A stretch of 64,000 bases of DNA from Eukaryota sp. TZLM1-RC (GCA_040285825.1 JAUPSS010000007.1:706501-770500), one strand, 5' to 3'; shown: positions 1 through 13,014, numbered from the stretch's first letter. Translations and numbers: made by a program. Notes: generated by a model not told the origin, from the sequence alone.

Positions 1-2
1 AC

Positions 3-122
3 TTAGTAACGACTCAAGGGTTGGATCTGTTGGATAAGATTTTGGTTTACGACCACTGGGAACGTTTAACTGCAGGGGAGGCTTTGAGTCATCCTTTTTT
101 TGATGATGTGAGGAATGATTGA
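3..122 (+). CDS. CK2A: Casein kinase II alpha catalytic subunit, 3' end (gene starts before the window)
   Basis: Manual translation from nt 3 gives [39 protein letters not shown], matching kinase subdomain XI with the CK2alpha-typical 'LDKLL.YDH..RLTA.EA..HP.F'. Confidence 0.85.
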   Translation, partial: LVTTQGLDLLDKILVYDHWERLTAGEALSHPFFDDVRND

Positions 123-218
123 TTGATCAGTGTTAATAAAAGCTTTGGTATTTTTTCTACTTTATTATATATTTTTTGTTTAATGAATTTTGACTCTGTT
201 TAATTCATCAATTTCATG

Positions 219-335
219 TGCATTATTAATAGGCCATGGTATTTTTAGTAATGTTTTATTAATTCAAAGCATTATGAAAACTAAAGTCCAACATTTTCAA
301 CGCAATAACTTCAAGCACGAAACATTTCTTCTCTG
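219..335. repeat. ~117-bp dispersed direct repeat, copy 1 (copy 2 at 11313-11429)
   Basis: tgcattattaataggccatggt...gcacgaaacatttc(t/c)tctctg is present at both positions with ~3 substitutions. Confidence 0.9.
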
Positions 336-984
336 GAGCTTCTAAAAATCGACCAATTGTTGGTTGCGAACTAGAAACAAATACGATTTTATATTAAAAA
401 TAAACTCTGTTAAAAGCGCAAAGAGATATTTCATCCACCACAACCCTTAAAATATCAACGAATGCCAAAGCAACCGCGTCTAATGAATTGAACAAAAAAA
501 TGACAAGGTAAACTGGAATTACAATAGCCTTAGCCTAGCTAACCCAGTGAATTTCGTCGTTCAAAATCTTTTCGTTATATAGAATTTGAAAAATTAGTGA
601 AAAATTAACAATAATGTGAAAGGAATTTTTCGAATTTCCACAATGTTATATGGAAGCAATAATTGAAGGTTGAGCCTCCCTTTTGTTCGTACACAAGTTA
701 ATCAAGACTCTGTGAAAGAGTTCCTGGTGCATTGGATACTCGATCTCATGCTTTGCAAACCCAGCTTCAGCTTGTCCTTTAATAAAGTAAAAAATAATTA
801 TTGTTTAGGGATACAAATTAAAAATTAATAATAATTTATTGGGGATAGAAACATCTCCACCTACATTGTGAAACACTCTTTGAGGGGGAGCAAGTTCCAC
901 AGTCTCAACCATTTTGCAAAGACCTTTATACAAGCTGAAGACAATGCGATTAGTCTAGGAATTCAATTCATCTCGGAGATGGTT

Positions 985-3900
985 TGTAATAAACAACCAT
1001 TGGTCAATATACGAAACTAGGAACTTCATATGAGCCTCAGTAAATCGTATCAAAAACGATACTCTTACACTTACAGCAATTGTTTTATTAGTTTACAACA
1101 TTCAATTGTATACTTTTTGATTTTTTTACTTTTTTTACAATTTAATGTTTAAAAATTAATACACTCAATTAATTCAAATATATACAAAATCATTTGAAAA
1201 TGTAATCATGAGTTTGTACTGATCAAGTAACACATAGCCAACATTACTAACACACAATTTCACACAAAGTTTGATCACAAGTTGATCACATCTAGTACAT
1301 AAGGACTACATGCAACTCACCAAATCACACCAATGACCATTCAACCAATCAAACCAATGACTACTCAAATGACCATAGCACGGACTTTAACACCACAATT
1401 GTTATATTAATTGTCCCAAAATGGACTTTAAAGATTTGACCAATGATTGTAATAAACAACCATTGGTCAATATACGAAACTAGGAACTTCATATGAGCCT
1501 CAGTAAATCGTATCAAAAACGATACTCTTACACTTACAGCAATTGTTTTATTAGTTTACAACATTCAATTGTATACTTTTTGATTTTTTACTTTTTTTAC
1601 AATTTAATGTTTAAAAATTAATACACTCAATTAATTCAAATATATACAAAATCATTTGAAAATGTAATCATGAGTTTGTACTGATCAAGTAACACATAGC
1701 CAACATTACTAACACACAATTTCACACAAAGTTTGATCACAAGTTGATCACATCTAGTACATAAGGACTACATGCAACTCACCAAATCACACCAATGACC
1801 ATTCAACCAATCAAACCAATGACTACTCAAATGACCATAGCACGGACTTTAACACCACAATTGTTATATTAATTGTCCCAAAATGGACTTTAAAGATTTG
1901 ACCAATGATTGTAATAAACAACCATTGGTCAATATACGAAACTAGGAACTTCATATGAGCCTCAGTAAATCGTATCAAAAACGATACTCTTACACTTACA
2001 GCAATTGTTTTATTAGTTTACAACATTCAATTGTATACTTTTTGATTTTTTACTTTTTTTACAATTTAATGTTTAAAAATTAATACACTCAATTAATTCA
2101 AATATATACAAAATCATTTGAAAATGTAATCATGAGTTTGTACTGATCAAGTAACACATAGCCAACATTACTAACACACAATTTCACACAAAGTTTGATC
2201 ACAAGTTGATCACATCTAGTACATAAGGACTACATGCAACTCACCAAATCACACCAATGACCATTCAACCAATCAAACCAATGACTACTCAAATGACCAT
2301 AGCACGGACTTTAACACCACAATTGTTATATTAATTGTCCCAAAATGGACTTTAAAGATTTGACCAATGATTGTAATAAACAACCATTGGTCAATATACG
2401 AAACTAGGAACTTCATATGAGCCTCAGTAAATCGTATCAAAAACGATACTCTTACACTTACAGCAATTGTTTTATTAGTTTACAACATTCAATTTTATCC
2501 TTTTGATTTTTTACTTTTTTTACAATTTAATGTTTAAAAATTAATACACTCAATTAATTCAAATATATACAAAATCATTTGAAAATGTAATCATGAGTTT
2601 GTACTGATCAAGTAACACATAGCCAACATTACTAACACACAATTTCACACAAAGTTTGATCACAAGTTGATCACATCTAGTACATAAGGACTACATGCAA
2701 CTCACCAAATCACACCAATGACCATTCAACCAATCAAACCAATGACTACTCAAATGACCATAGCACGGACTTTAACACCACAATTGTTATATTAATTGTC
2801 CCAAAATGGACTTTAAAGATTTGACCAATGATTGTAATAAACAACCATTGGTCAATATACGAAACTAGGAACTTCATATGAGCCTCAGTAAATCGTATCA
2901 AAAACGATACTCTTACACTTACAGCAATTGTTTTATTAGTTTACAACATTCAATTGTATACTTTTTGATTTTTTACTTTTTTTACAATTTAATGTTTAAA
3001 AATTAATACACTCAATTAATTCAAATATATACAAAATCATTTGAAAATGTAATCATGAGTTTGTACTGATCAAGTAACACATAGCCAACATTACTAACAC
3101 ACAATTTCACACAAAGTTTGATCACAAGTTGATCACATCTAGTACATAAGGACTACATGCAACTCACCAAATCACACCAATGACCATTCAACCAATCAAA
3201 CCAATGACTACTCAAATGACCATAGCACGGACTTTAACACCACAATTGTTATATTAATTGTCCCAAAATGGACCTTAAAGATTTGACCAATGATTGTAAT
3301 AAACAACCATTGGTCAATATACGAAACTAGGAACTTCATATGAGCCTCAGTAAATCGTATCAAAAACGATACTCTTACACTTACAGCAATTGTTTTATTA
3401 GTTTACAACATTCAATTGTATACTTTTTGATTTTTTTACTTTTTTACAATTTAATGTTTAAAAATTAATACACTCAATTAATTCAAATATATACAAAATC
3501 ATTTGAAAATGTAATCATGAGTTTGTACTGATCAAGTAACACATAGCCAACATTACTAACACACAATTTCACACAAAGTTTGATCACAAGTTGATCACAT
3601 CTAGTACATAAGGACTACATGCAACTCACCAAATCACACCAATGACCATTCAACCAATCAAACCAATGACTACTCAAATGACCATAGCACGGACTTTAAC
3701 ACCACAATTGTTATATTAATTGTCCCAAAATGGACTTTAAAGATTTGACCAATGATTGTAATAAACAACCATTGGTCAATATACGAAACTAGGAACTTCA
3801 TATGAGCCTCAGTAAATCGTATCAAAAACGATACTCTTACACTTACAGCAATTGTTTTATTAGTTTACAACATTCAATTGTATACTTTTTGATTTTTTAC

Positions 3901-4990
3901 TTTTTTTACAATTTAATGTTTAAAAATTAATACACTCAATTAATTCAAATATATACAAAATCATTTGAAAATGTAATCATGAGTTTGTACTGATCAAGTA
4001 ACACATAGCCAACATTACTAACACACAATTTCACACAAAGTTTGATCACAAGTTGATCACATCTAGTACATAAGGACTACATGCAACTCACCAAATCACA
4101 CCAATGACCATTCAACCAATCATACCAATGACTAATCAAATGACCATAGCACGGACTTTAACACCACAATTGTTATATTAATTGTCCCAAAATGGACCTT
4201 AAAGATTTGACCAATGATTGTAATAAACAACCATTGGTCAATATACGAAACTAGGAACTTCATATGAGCCTCAGTAAATCGTATCAAAAACGATACTCTT
4301 ACACTTACAGCAATTGTTTTATTAGTTTACAACATTCAATTGTATACTTTTTGATTTTTTACTTTTTTTACAATTTAATGTTTAAAAATTAATACACTCA
4401 ATTAATTCAAATATATACAAAATCATTTGAAAATGTAATCATGAGTTTGTACTGATCAAATAACACATAGCCATCATTACTAACACACAATTTCACACAA
4501 AGTTTGATCACAAGTTGATCACCTCTAGTACATAAAGACTACATGCAACTCATCTAATCATACCAATGACCATTCAACCAATCATACCAATGACTAATCA
4601 AATGACCATAGCAAGGACTTTAACACCACAATTGTTATATTAATTGTCCCAAAATGGACTTTAAAGATTTGACCAATGATTGTAATAAACAACCATTGGT
4701 CAATGTAAGAAACTAGGAACTTCATATGAGCCTCAGTAAATCGTATCAAAAACGATACTCTTACACTTACAGCAATTGTTTTATTAGTTTACAACATTCA
4801 ATTGTATACTTTTTGATTTTTTACTTTTTTTTACAATTTAATGTTTAAAAATTAATACACTCAATTAATTCAAATATATACAAAATCATTTGAAAATGTA
4901 ATCATGAGTTTGTACTGATCAAGTAACACATAGCCAACATTACTCACACACAATTTCACACAAAGTTTGATCACAAGTTGATCACATCTA
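985..4990. repeat. Tandem satellite, 461-463-bp unit, ~8.7 copies
   Basis: The unit start tgtaataaacaaccattgg recurs at 985, 1448, 1910, 2372, 2833, 3295, 3757, 4219 and 4681. The last copy is truncated at ~4990. Copies are near-identical, with more variants in the last two. Confidence 0.98.
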
Positions 4991-5089
4991 CCTTATGTCG
5001 TCTCAGCATCGTTGTACGCTTAATATGTCGAATAATAAGTTGACATTCTCTTAAAAGTTATCAAGCTTGTTGTATGAAAAATGGTCAGT

Positions 5090-5240
5090 TGATGGTCTAT
5101 GGCTAGGGTTATCGTGTGACATAGCTTGTGTAAATGTAAAGTAATTTATTATGAAGAGGAATTGTATTCACTCTTCTTAAGCTAACAGGCGGAATACTAA
5201 TAACTAAACTATTAACTATAAATACTATTCAAGACTAACA
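5090..5240 (-). repeat. 3' LTR, family A (151 bp)
   Basis: Identical to 8704-8854; preceded on the minus strand by the polypurine tract aaagagaggaaaaggcag. Confidence 0.95.
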
Positions 5241-7880
5241 CTGCCTTTTCCTCTCTTTCGAGCGACGAGCCCTGGAAGCTCTGGTCACAGGAGGTGAACT
5301 AATAGAAATATGACGCTTCTTGGGAGGAGCGGATTTAGTACGGCGACGTGCTTTGGAAGTCTTGATAAAGTCTTTATACGCGGCAGTATTTTGGACTGTA
5401 GACACATGCTCAGTGGTGATCTCTTTTCCTGGCCATTGCACTTGGCAAAAGTCACCTTCCTGACTGAGCACTTTTTCAATGATGTGTTCTTCGACATCAC
5501 CTGCAGCGACCCAGGAGTGGAACTCATCGTTGGTGGGCAAGCTGGAGTGCCAGGGAGCTAAGTGTTTGACGCTAGCTTGGACAATCGCACCTGTGCAGAG
5601 ATTCTTAATATTCACAGACGAATTAGATACGATTTCAGTAATTAGGAAGGGTCCTAAATAGTCTCCATGAAGCTTAGCGGAAGAGCCAGATGCTCTCAAT
5701 ACCAATTGACCAACTTCAAAAGGGTTTGGAGTTGACGATCTAGTTAGCTTGGAAGCTTTGGAAGCTTGATGGTGTGCTGCCTTTTCCTGTTTCTCTTTCA
5801 ATCTTCGAAATTTAGATTGAATTTCTTGAATAAAAGATGACTCAGACGTCGAGCTTTCAATGATTTCAAGAATTTTGCCAGGGTCTGATCTGGGGGACAC
5901 ATCTGAGCCAAAGATCACTTGGTATGGGGTGTGGTTGGTTATTGAGCTCTTGGAAGAGTTGATCAATAATTGCACATAAGGCAAGTATTCAGACCACACT
6001 TCGTAAGCATTGAAGTCTACGAGCAATTTCCGTAGGTTTTGCAGGATGTCTCTGTGTCGGCGCTCTACCAGGCCGTTGGACGGAGAAAACCTAGGTATTG
6101 ACTTTGACACCTCTATGCCCAAAAATTTGCTTAATTCGTCAAAGACAGCCTTGGAAAATTCGGGTCCATTATCGCTGTGGATTTGAAATGGAATACCAAA
6201 GATGGCACAGACTTTCCAAACTAATGCATCTGCAGTAAGATTGGCATTTATCTCTTTTAAAGGCACGATGATCGTGAACCTAGAGAAGCTGTCAATAAAT
6301 ACGAGGATGTATTTGTAGCCTTCTTGATCTTCTGGAAGAGGACCAATGACGTCGGCATTGACGCGAGCAAAAGGTCTGTCAGCCCACAATGAACCGGTTG
6401 GGGGAACATGCAGTTTGGGAACTGGCTTTGTTTTCTGACAGGAGGGGCATTCTTGGACGTGCTTATTCATGTCGGTGAGCATGTTTGGCCACCAATAATC
6501 GCTGTTCCTGAGCTTGTTCAGGCTTTCCGCTTTGCTTGGATGACCTCCTTGCAGAAGTCCATGCAACAAGTTAAGGGTGTCCTTAATGAGTCATTTGGGA
6601 ATCACTATCTTGTTGTCGTGAGTCATATATAAATCAAGATGATTGTTATGAACACAGTTGTTGAAAGAGGGGTCTTTGGAAGCTATGGCAAGCTTCTGTT
6701 CGGACCTAATCCTACAGAGCCATGGCTCGAAAATAGGCAGGTCGTTGGAACATCGTTCTCTGATGACCATGATACGTTCGAAGTTGTTTAAGTCTTCGAT
6801 GTAGTATCTTTCATTTTCTGTTCCATCAATTTTATCAATGTAAAATATTGGATGAAAATTTGGAGGCATTTGATGGGACAAATGATTGATCTCTTGATGG
6901 TCTATAGGCGGAACTATTCGAGACAACATATCAGCCCAGAAGTTATCTTCCCCTTTGGTATGTACCAAATCAAAGCAGAATTCGGAGAATATGGGTAACC
7001 ATCTTGTTACAATTCTGTTCTTCTCAGGAGCCGTGAACATGTAGGTAAGGTTTTGATGGTCTGTGAATATAACCAGTTTCCTTCCTTTCAAGTAGTTTTC
7101 AAAACCACTTTGAGTTAACATGAGTAGGATAGCATAGAGTTCCTTTTGGTTTGTCGGCCAGTTCTTTTGCGAGTTGGTTAACAACCGGCTGAAGAAGCTG
7201 ATAGGCCTACATTTCCTGTTGATCAGGGGGGTACCGGGGTCGTCGACTTGTTCGATTTGTTCCCATATGACGCCGCCTACGGCAATGTCGGATGCGTCGC
7301 AACTAATTAAGATTTGGTTTTCCAGCGGAGGTAAGCTGAGCGGCATGTGCTTCGCTATCAGTTGTTTGATCTTTTGAAGGAGTCCGTCGTGCATGTCGGT
7401 CCATTGAAGGCGTTGCGCGCGGGGTTTGGGTTTAACTTTGGAGTTGTTTCCATCCTTCTTAGTCAATCTGATGATAGGAGCGATGAGCTCAGATACCTGA
7501 GGAAGCCATTCTCTAATGAAGTTGACTGATCCTACGAGGCTGCGGACGTCTTTGATTGTCTTTGGTCTAGGTAGATTCAGCAAAGATTCAACGCGAGTGG
7601 GATCGATAGTCCGCTGTTTGTTTTGGAAAACACTGCCCAGTATCTTGATTGGGTGTCTGGAAGACACGAAATGGCACTTTGGAAGTCCCAAGGAAACTCT
7701 TTTGCATCTGGCTTGATCAAGGACGCGACGGAGGCGTTCAATGAATTCGTCAAAGGTTGAACCTATGATTATGATGTCATCTATGTAAATGAAGACACCG
7801 TCTCCAGAGAAGATGTCAGCCATGACGTTTTGGAAAACGGCTGGGACATTCTTTAGGCCAAAAGCTGCACGTTTGAACCG
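5235..7880 (-). pseudogene. pol: pol remnant: partial RT, RNase H, integrase and chromodomain-like tail; one in-frame TGA at 6591-6593
   Basis: RT motifs FGLKNVP and YIDD; RNase H CDASD...ELYAI...TDH...ADMLSR; integrase HHCC (H..GH..CPSC), D-D-E (ADVIGP, HSDNG, LVER) and GPF motif; chromo-like IIEKVL..CQVQWPG. ORFs 6591-7928 and 5235-6569 are the same frame (IPK*LIKDTLNLLHG). Confidence 0.93.
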
Positions 7881-8736
7881 GAGGTTGAGCTGTGTGAGAA
7901 AATTCCCTGGGAGGTTCCTCATAGTCAACTAGATCTGAAAATAATAGTTCATACCTCTTCCTTTGCTCTTCGGAAAGATGCGAAGGAAAATTTGGTGTGC
8001 TAGGAGTGGAATCTCTAGCCTGGGGAGGGGAAACAGACAGATTGTTAACTCCTCTTACTGTTGATGTAGTAAGAGGAGATCCTGAAGTTGGGACAGCAGG
8101 ATTTTGAATAGTTCTCCTAACAGTTGGAACTGGAGGGAGAAGCTGTTGAGAGTGAGAGGGTGGGACCTCAGAACTAGATGAAAGGGATGAAGATGGTACT
8201 TCAATGGCCTTAGTAGAGGAGGAAGAGGGTTGATCTTCCAATCCTTCCTTTGACGTGAGAGAAGGTTGAACAGTCTCTCTGTTCTGAATAGAAGGTGAAG
8301 TTGGAACTTCAGAACTTCTTTCTGGGAGGGGAGAAGGTGGGACTTCAGACGCCCTTAAATGTGAAGGAGGAAGAGGAGCAACGGAATCCTCAACATCTTC
8401 ATCGTCGTAGGAGACTAATGAAGGGCTTCTTCCTTCCGAAGGAATAGAATCCTTAGGAGGGTTGTCTCCTTCCACAGGAACGGAATCCCGAGGAGAGGAA
8501 CTTCCTTCCATTGGAACGGATTCCTCAGGAAGGGAACTGTCTTCCTTTGGGATGGAACCCTCAGGGAGAGTTGCTTCAGGAAGCGCAGAAGCTTCAACCG
8601 AAGAAGGGAGCATGGAAGCAGGGTCTGTGGTTAGTGGTGAGGAAGAGGGACCAGTCTCTTCCTCAAGGATCCTACGCTGAGCCGGGGACGACCCAATACG
8701 TATTGATGGTCTATGGCTAGGGTTATCGTGTGACAT
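7816..8736 (-). CDS. Pro/Ser/Glu-rich N-terminal part of family A gag ORF, truncated by the internal deletion
   Basis: 306-aa low-complexity ORF in the gag position with ~12-aa imperfect repeats. The first ATG lies inside the 5' LTR, and the last ~20 codons are out-of-frame RT sequence. Confidence 0.7.
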   Translation of the reverse strand: MSHDNPSHRPSIRIGSSPAQRRILEEETGPSSSPLTTDPASMLPSSVEASALPEATLPEGSIPKEDSSLPEESVPMEGSSSPRDSVPVEGDNPPKDSIPSEGRSPSLVSYDDEDVEDSVAPLPPSHLRASEVPPSPLPERSSEVPTSPSIQNRETVQPSLTSKEGLEDQPSSSSTKAIEVPSSSLSSSSEVPPSHSQQLLPPVPTVRRTIQNPAVPTSGSPLTTSTVRGVNNLSVSPPQARDSTPSTPNFPSHLSEEQRKRYELLFSDLVDYEEPPREFSHTAQPPVQTCSFWPKECPSRFPKRHG

Positions 8737-8854
8737 AGCTTGTGTAAATGTAAAGTAATTTATTATGAAGAGGAATTGTATTCACTCTTCTTAAGCTAAC
8801 AGGCGGAATACTAATAACTAAACTATTAACTATAAATACTATTCAAGACTAACA
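8704..8854 (-). repeat. 5' LTR, family A (151 bp)
   Basis: Identical to 5090-5240; flanked by TSD CAGT. Confidence 0.95.
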
Positions 8855-10006
8855 CAGTAACAAAATAGTTTATGGAGAATCCATTTATGTCGCCAAATTG
8901 TGAGACTTGCATTGCTTAGTACTCTAATTTTGATGGTTCTGTATTGTTTAATGGTTAGGCCTAAGAATGAATAATATTATTTCTCCACGTCACAACAGTC
9001 ATAAGGCTAATATGTATTTAGTGATATTTGTTACTTTATCCAGCCCAGCAGCCAGAAACAGAAAAAATAAAGAAAAAAAAAGAAACAAAGCATCGCCATC
9101 TACATGTAGAAATGATCCAAGTTCAAAGGAAGCATTTTAGATCAATAAAAATACGGTATGAAATTTAAGAATTTAAAAATTTCCTACAGAACATCGAAAA
9201 TTTTGTTGTGCTTCTTCTTCTACAGTCTGGTGCTTTTTGCAAATTGTTCTTAAATCTACTACATTTGGATTTCACTTCAGAAACAACTTTGAATACAAGT
9301 GATCATCATAAACACTGCCATTGATTGATACAATATTTGTACTAGCACAACATTGAAAAACCCCATTTTCAGTCAGTTTTTTCAAAGAGCTGCACCAAAA
9401 AACTAACCACCAATTTCTCAATAGAAAAAGGTCGATTAATATACAAAAATTTGGAATTTTATGAAAGGACAACGGTTCTCAAAAGGACAAGCTGTTAATA
9501 TGTGAAGAGACTAAAATGTGAGGGGATTTCGCGTATCCAACTCCTTGGAGGCAATTAAAGAAGGCATCTATAACTATTCCAAAGAGCAGTCAAAGAGAGT
9601 TTATGACATAACTAGAATGTGAGGTGTTGAAGAAGCGGGTGTTGCAGGAGCATTATCCACACAGTGATAATAATTATTCAACGAACAAGCTGAAGCAGTT
9701 GTATTGTTTCCGTCGAAGTCACAATTCAAAACATAGACTGTTTGGGTATGTGTATGAATACCCTGAATGAATTTTTTCTATCAAAATAGGAAATAAAATA
9801 CATGGGAAGATGTGAAAAAATTCAGTGCAAACAATGTACTCGTCTGATTTGTCTTTTATTGCACCCCATCCCACACCCTGCACAATTTTTCGAATGTGCA
9901 CATTCTTCGTTCGTTCCTCATTAAGATAATTTTAGGCTTTATTCCAAGAATGCAAACAAGATTACTATAAACAACAACAATGCAAAGCAATATTCTAGAT
10001 AAGTGA

Positions 10007-10618
10007 TCACTGACAAAATGGCGGTAGAATCTCACTATTTACGGGTTCATGAGCACGTACATTGTGAAACTCAGTAATACTTGAAAGTATTGAGTTAAAA
10101 TAATGTGGAACAGCCTTAAAGAGTGAGAAAACAATTCTGTTCTTCCAAATAAGTTGATCAAAAGAACGTCCTACTTCTTTTAAAAAACTGTCTAAATCAT
10201 TCAAGAAAGATAGTCCTTTCCTGCCTAAAGTACCAAAAATAGAAATTCCAATTGGAACAAAAACGATGTTTCTGCAACGTTGTTTGTTCAAACGTACAAG
10301 GAAATCATTATACTTCGAGTGCTTGCTCCTTTCTTGATTCTTGAGGGTTGATTCAATGTCGGAAGACGAAGACAACTTTTAAGGAGAAACAGTTGTACAA
10401 TCAATAATTATTTCTCGGCCGCTATGCCAAGCACATTGAGTGTCACCTCTTTTTTGACTTTGAGCAAGCTGCATTTCATCAAAAACTGGTTCTAGTCGTA
10501 CTGGATGATGGGCACTCTTCAACAAATCATAAATGCAATCGCGAACGGCATTGTGAATAATCGACCTCTTCTGAGTGTACTTCCTACAAGATAAGACATC
10601 CTCATTAAGATGCAGCAT
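10007..10618 (-). mobile_element. 5'-truncated RLE-type (CRE/R2-group) non-LTR retrotransposon remnant
   Basis: Motifs IHNAVRD, EP, RGD, IIDCT, K..KY, FVPIGISIFG, WKNRIVF. The two ORFs are one frame split by TAA at 10379-10381. Homologous to 63118-63797. Confidence 0.8.
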
Positions 10619-11312
10619 AAAATTTTCGTCGAAGCAGAAATTATTTATAATTTATCATTGAAATTATAAATATCAACATTCCCTGAGAACAAGTACACTT
10701 CAACTGAATCTGTCTATCCTAATCAACCACACCAGAATTGAGTTTATTTAAGTTTAGGAGTGAGAAAACTCGGCCTCCAACATTTTCCATCATCAACAAT
10801 TCTACAAGTTCGTTTTCATCCACTTTTTTTGTTTAATTCATCTTTTTCCTTAGTATAATTAAAATGAGTATGCAATTCCGTATCCAAGAATAGCAACTTT
10901 GATTTATATTTATCAATTTGGGTTTTTTTGATAAAATAATAGCAGACCTTTTATATTGACTGAGCTTACGGTATAAAGATTTATTACACACATCAGTGGA
11001 TCTCATATCCGTAATGATGGTCGCCCTTTTAAGATTTTCAAGCATTCAATCATTTCTAATTCGACCAAGTAAATTCAACTGTGTGACTTAGACATACAAT
11101 ACACAGGATACCTTCTCACATCAAAAAATGCTGTAAAACTCGGCAGCTTTATTTATTTTATTATTTATTTATTATTTAAAATTGTTTTTGTGCTGTAACT
11201 ATAATCTACTATAAATATATTGAATCTGCAAAAATATTGCAAGTTATATTATATTCGTTGTATTTTATTATATTATTTTGGTTTAATTAATGTTTTATTC
11301 ACCAATTGAATA

Positions 11313-11429
11313 TGCATTATTAATAGGCCATGGTGTTTTTAGTAATGTTTTATTAATTCAAAGCATTATTAAAACTAAAGTCCAACATTTTCAACGCAAT
11401 AACTTCAAGCACGAAACATTTCCTCTCTG
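11313..11429. repeat. ~117-bp dispersed direct repeat, copy 2
   Basis: Matches 219-335; directly abuts the 5' truncation of the RLE element at ~11430. Confidence 0.9.
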
Positions 11430-12255
11430 TTTTAAATAAAGATTTTCACTCATTGTAAAAGGTGTTTGTGAAAATCAGTCATCAGATTCTTCACTGTTTG
11501 TGACCATTGTGCCACGAAGGCTCGGATTGTGTGCTAATAATGAAGCGTTTGAAACAAAAATGAAATTAAATTTGAATATTCCCATTAATCAATTAATATC
11601 AAAAGAACATTGTATTTGTTCAAGTTCACCTCAGCTGACTTTGCATCATGCTCTGAATTTTTGGAAAATGATAACTTATCGTTCTTCATTACACGATGCT
11701 GTTAGTGACACTATTTTCTATATGACACGAACTGCAAGAATATCGTGTATTTAAGAAACATTGTCATTGAATAATTTTGGTTCTGATGACAGAGGTGATG
11801 TATACTGTTATTGGATTGAGAACTCTGAAGCTGTTTTTGACTTTGTCCCATGTAATGTTGCAAATGATACTTTGGTTTAAAGAAGAAAACTTAATCCTGT
11901 AGATGCTCTTGAATTTAAAGCTAAAGAAAAACATAGCAAATATGACAAAGATATCGAGGCAGATAACGCTGATAGAAATAAACCACTTATTGATATTGCT
12001 TTCCCATTTTCGATCAACGGAAGATGATCAGTAGAAGCAGAAACTTTTTTGAATGATTTCCAGAAAATGTTTAAAAACAAACAATGAAAAGATTTGATAT
12101 GTTTTTATAACGTTCTCGAATTCAATCTGCCAAAATTGATAGATAACCTCGGTTTTTCAATCGAATTAGAGAGGCTTTAGCGAGGCAGCAAGCAGATCAC
12201 GATTTTGTAGAGGAAAACTTGGGTCAATCAATTTCGTCCCATTAGGTATGAGTAT
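11430..12255 (+). mobile_element. Degenerate RLE-type non-LTR remnant (zinc knuckle plus PD-(D/E)xK-like endonuclease)
   Basis: CIC...HHALN, LHDAV, RGDVY and KEKHSKY, with several stops and frameshifts. Close homolog of 19835-20775 plus 12660-12805 in the opposite orientation. Confidence 0.85.
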
Positions 12256-12659
12256 ATTTTGTATGTGTGCAAATTTATTAAATATATTTATTATTCTTCA
12301 TTTAAGTAATCACTTGTTGTCACCGATGTTCCCCTTCTTCTGCAGATTGGCACTAAATAAGTGAATCACATGGTGTATCTTGAAATAAAACCGGGCAGTT
12401 GAGGTCTTCTATTTCTTCACATCATTTGGAACATTGTTCAGTCCCTGAAATCCAAAATTGGTGATAATTTTTACTTCAATCAATTCTTCTTTACACAAAA
12501 GTTTCTTTTTATATCACGACCCTATCTGGTTTGTCACCTCCATCTGTTATAAAACTTTTCTATTTAAATTAACTATTTCTAAATTAAACAATTTCATCAT
12601 AAAACTGTAGCTCTATTAACTTAAAATTTTTATTTATTGAATTTGCACACTTAATAAGC

Positions 12660-12805
12660 TTAACTCATAACTAATGGGACGACTATCATTGAATCAAGAT
12701 TTCTTCTACAAAATCTTGATCTGCTTGCTGTCTAGCTAAAGCTTCTCTTATTCGATTGAAAAACCGAGGTTATCTATTAATAATCGCAAATTGAATCCGT
12801 GAACG
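12660..12805 (-). mobile_element. 3' end of the RLE-type element split by LTR element B
   Basis: Reads RSRIQFAIINR*PRFFNRIREALARQQADQDFVEENL..., continuing the 19835-20627 ORF across the AACG TSD and matching 12110-12255. Confidence 0.88.
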
Positions 12806-13014
12806 TGTTGCCTAAAGTCTATTGTAGTAAAGAAAAGTCTGATTTATTTTCTATTCATATTATATAAGCCTTAGGGCGCCAACACTGCTTCTTCCCTTTT
12901 TCAAAATAAATCAGCTTATATGAATATGAAATAAAAACTATATACAAATAACGAAATAACTATAAATAAATACATATAATCGATATAATATTAATATTCG
13001 ATATAAACTAAGAA

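Larger units (their letters stand above)
5090..8854 (-). mobile_element. Ty3/gypsy (chromodomain-bearing) LTR retrotransposon, family A, internally deleted
   Basis: Identical 151-bp TG...CA LTRs at 5090-5240 and 8704-8854, 4-bp TSD CAGT, PPT at 5241-5258, and RT-RNaseH-integrase order. Capsid, protease and the RT N-terminus are missing (junction ~7880). Confidence 0.95.

Noticed and set aside
985-4990. CRISPR array or tandem solo LTRs
   Set aside because: There are no unique spacers, the whole 462-bp unit repeats, the context is eukaryotic, and no TG...CA-bounded unit with PPT/TSD was found.
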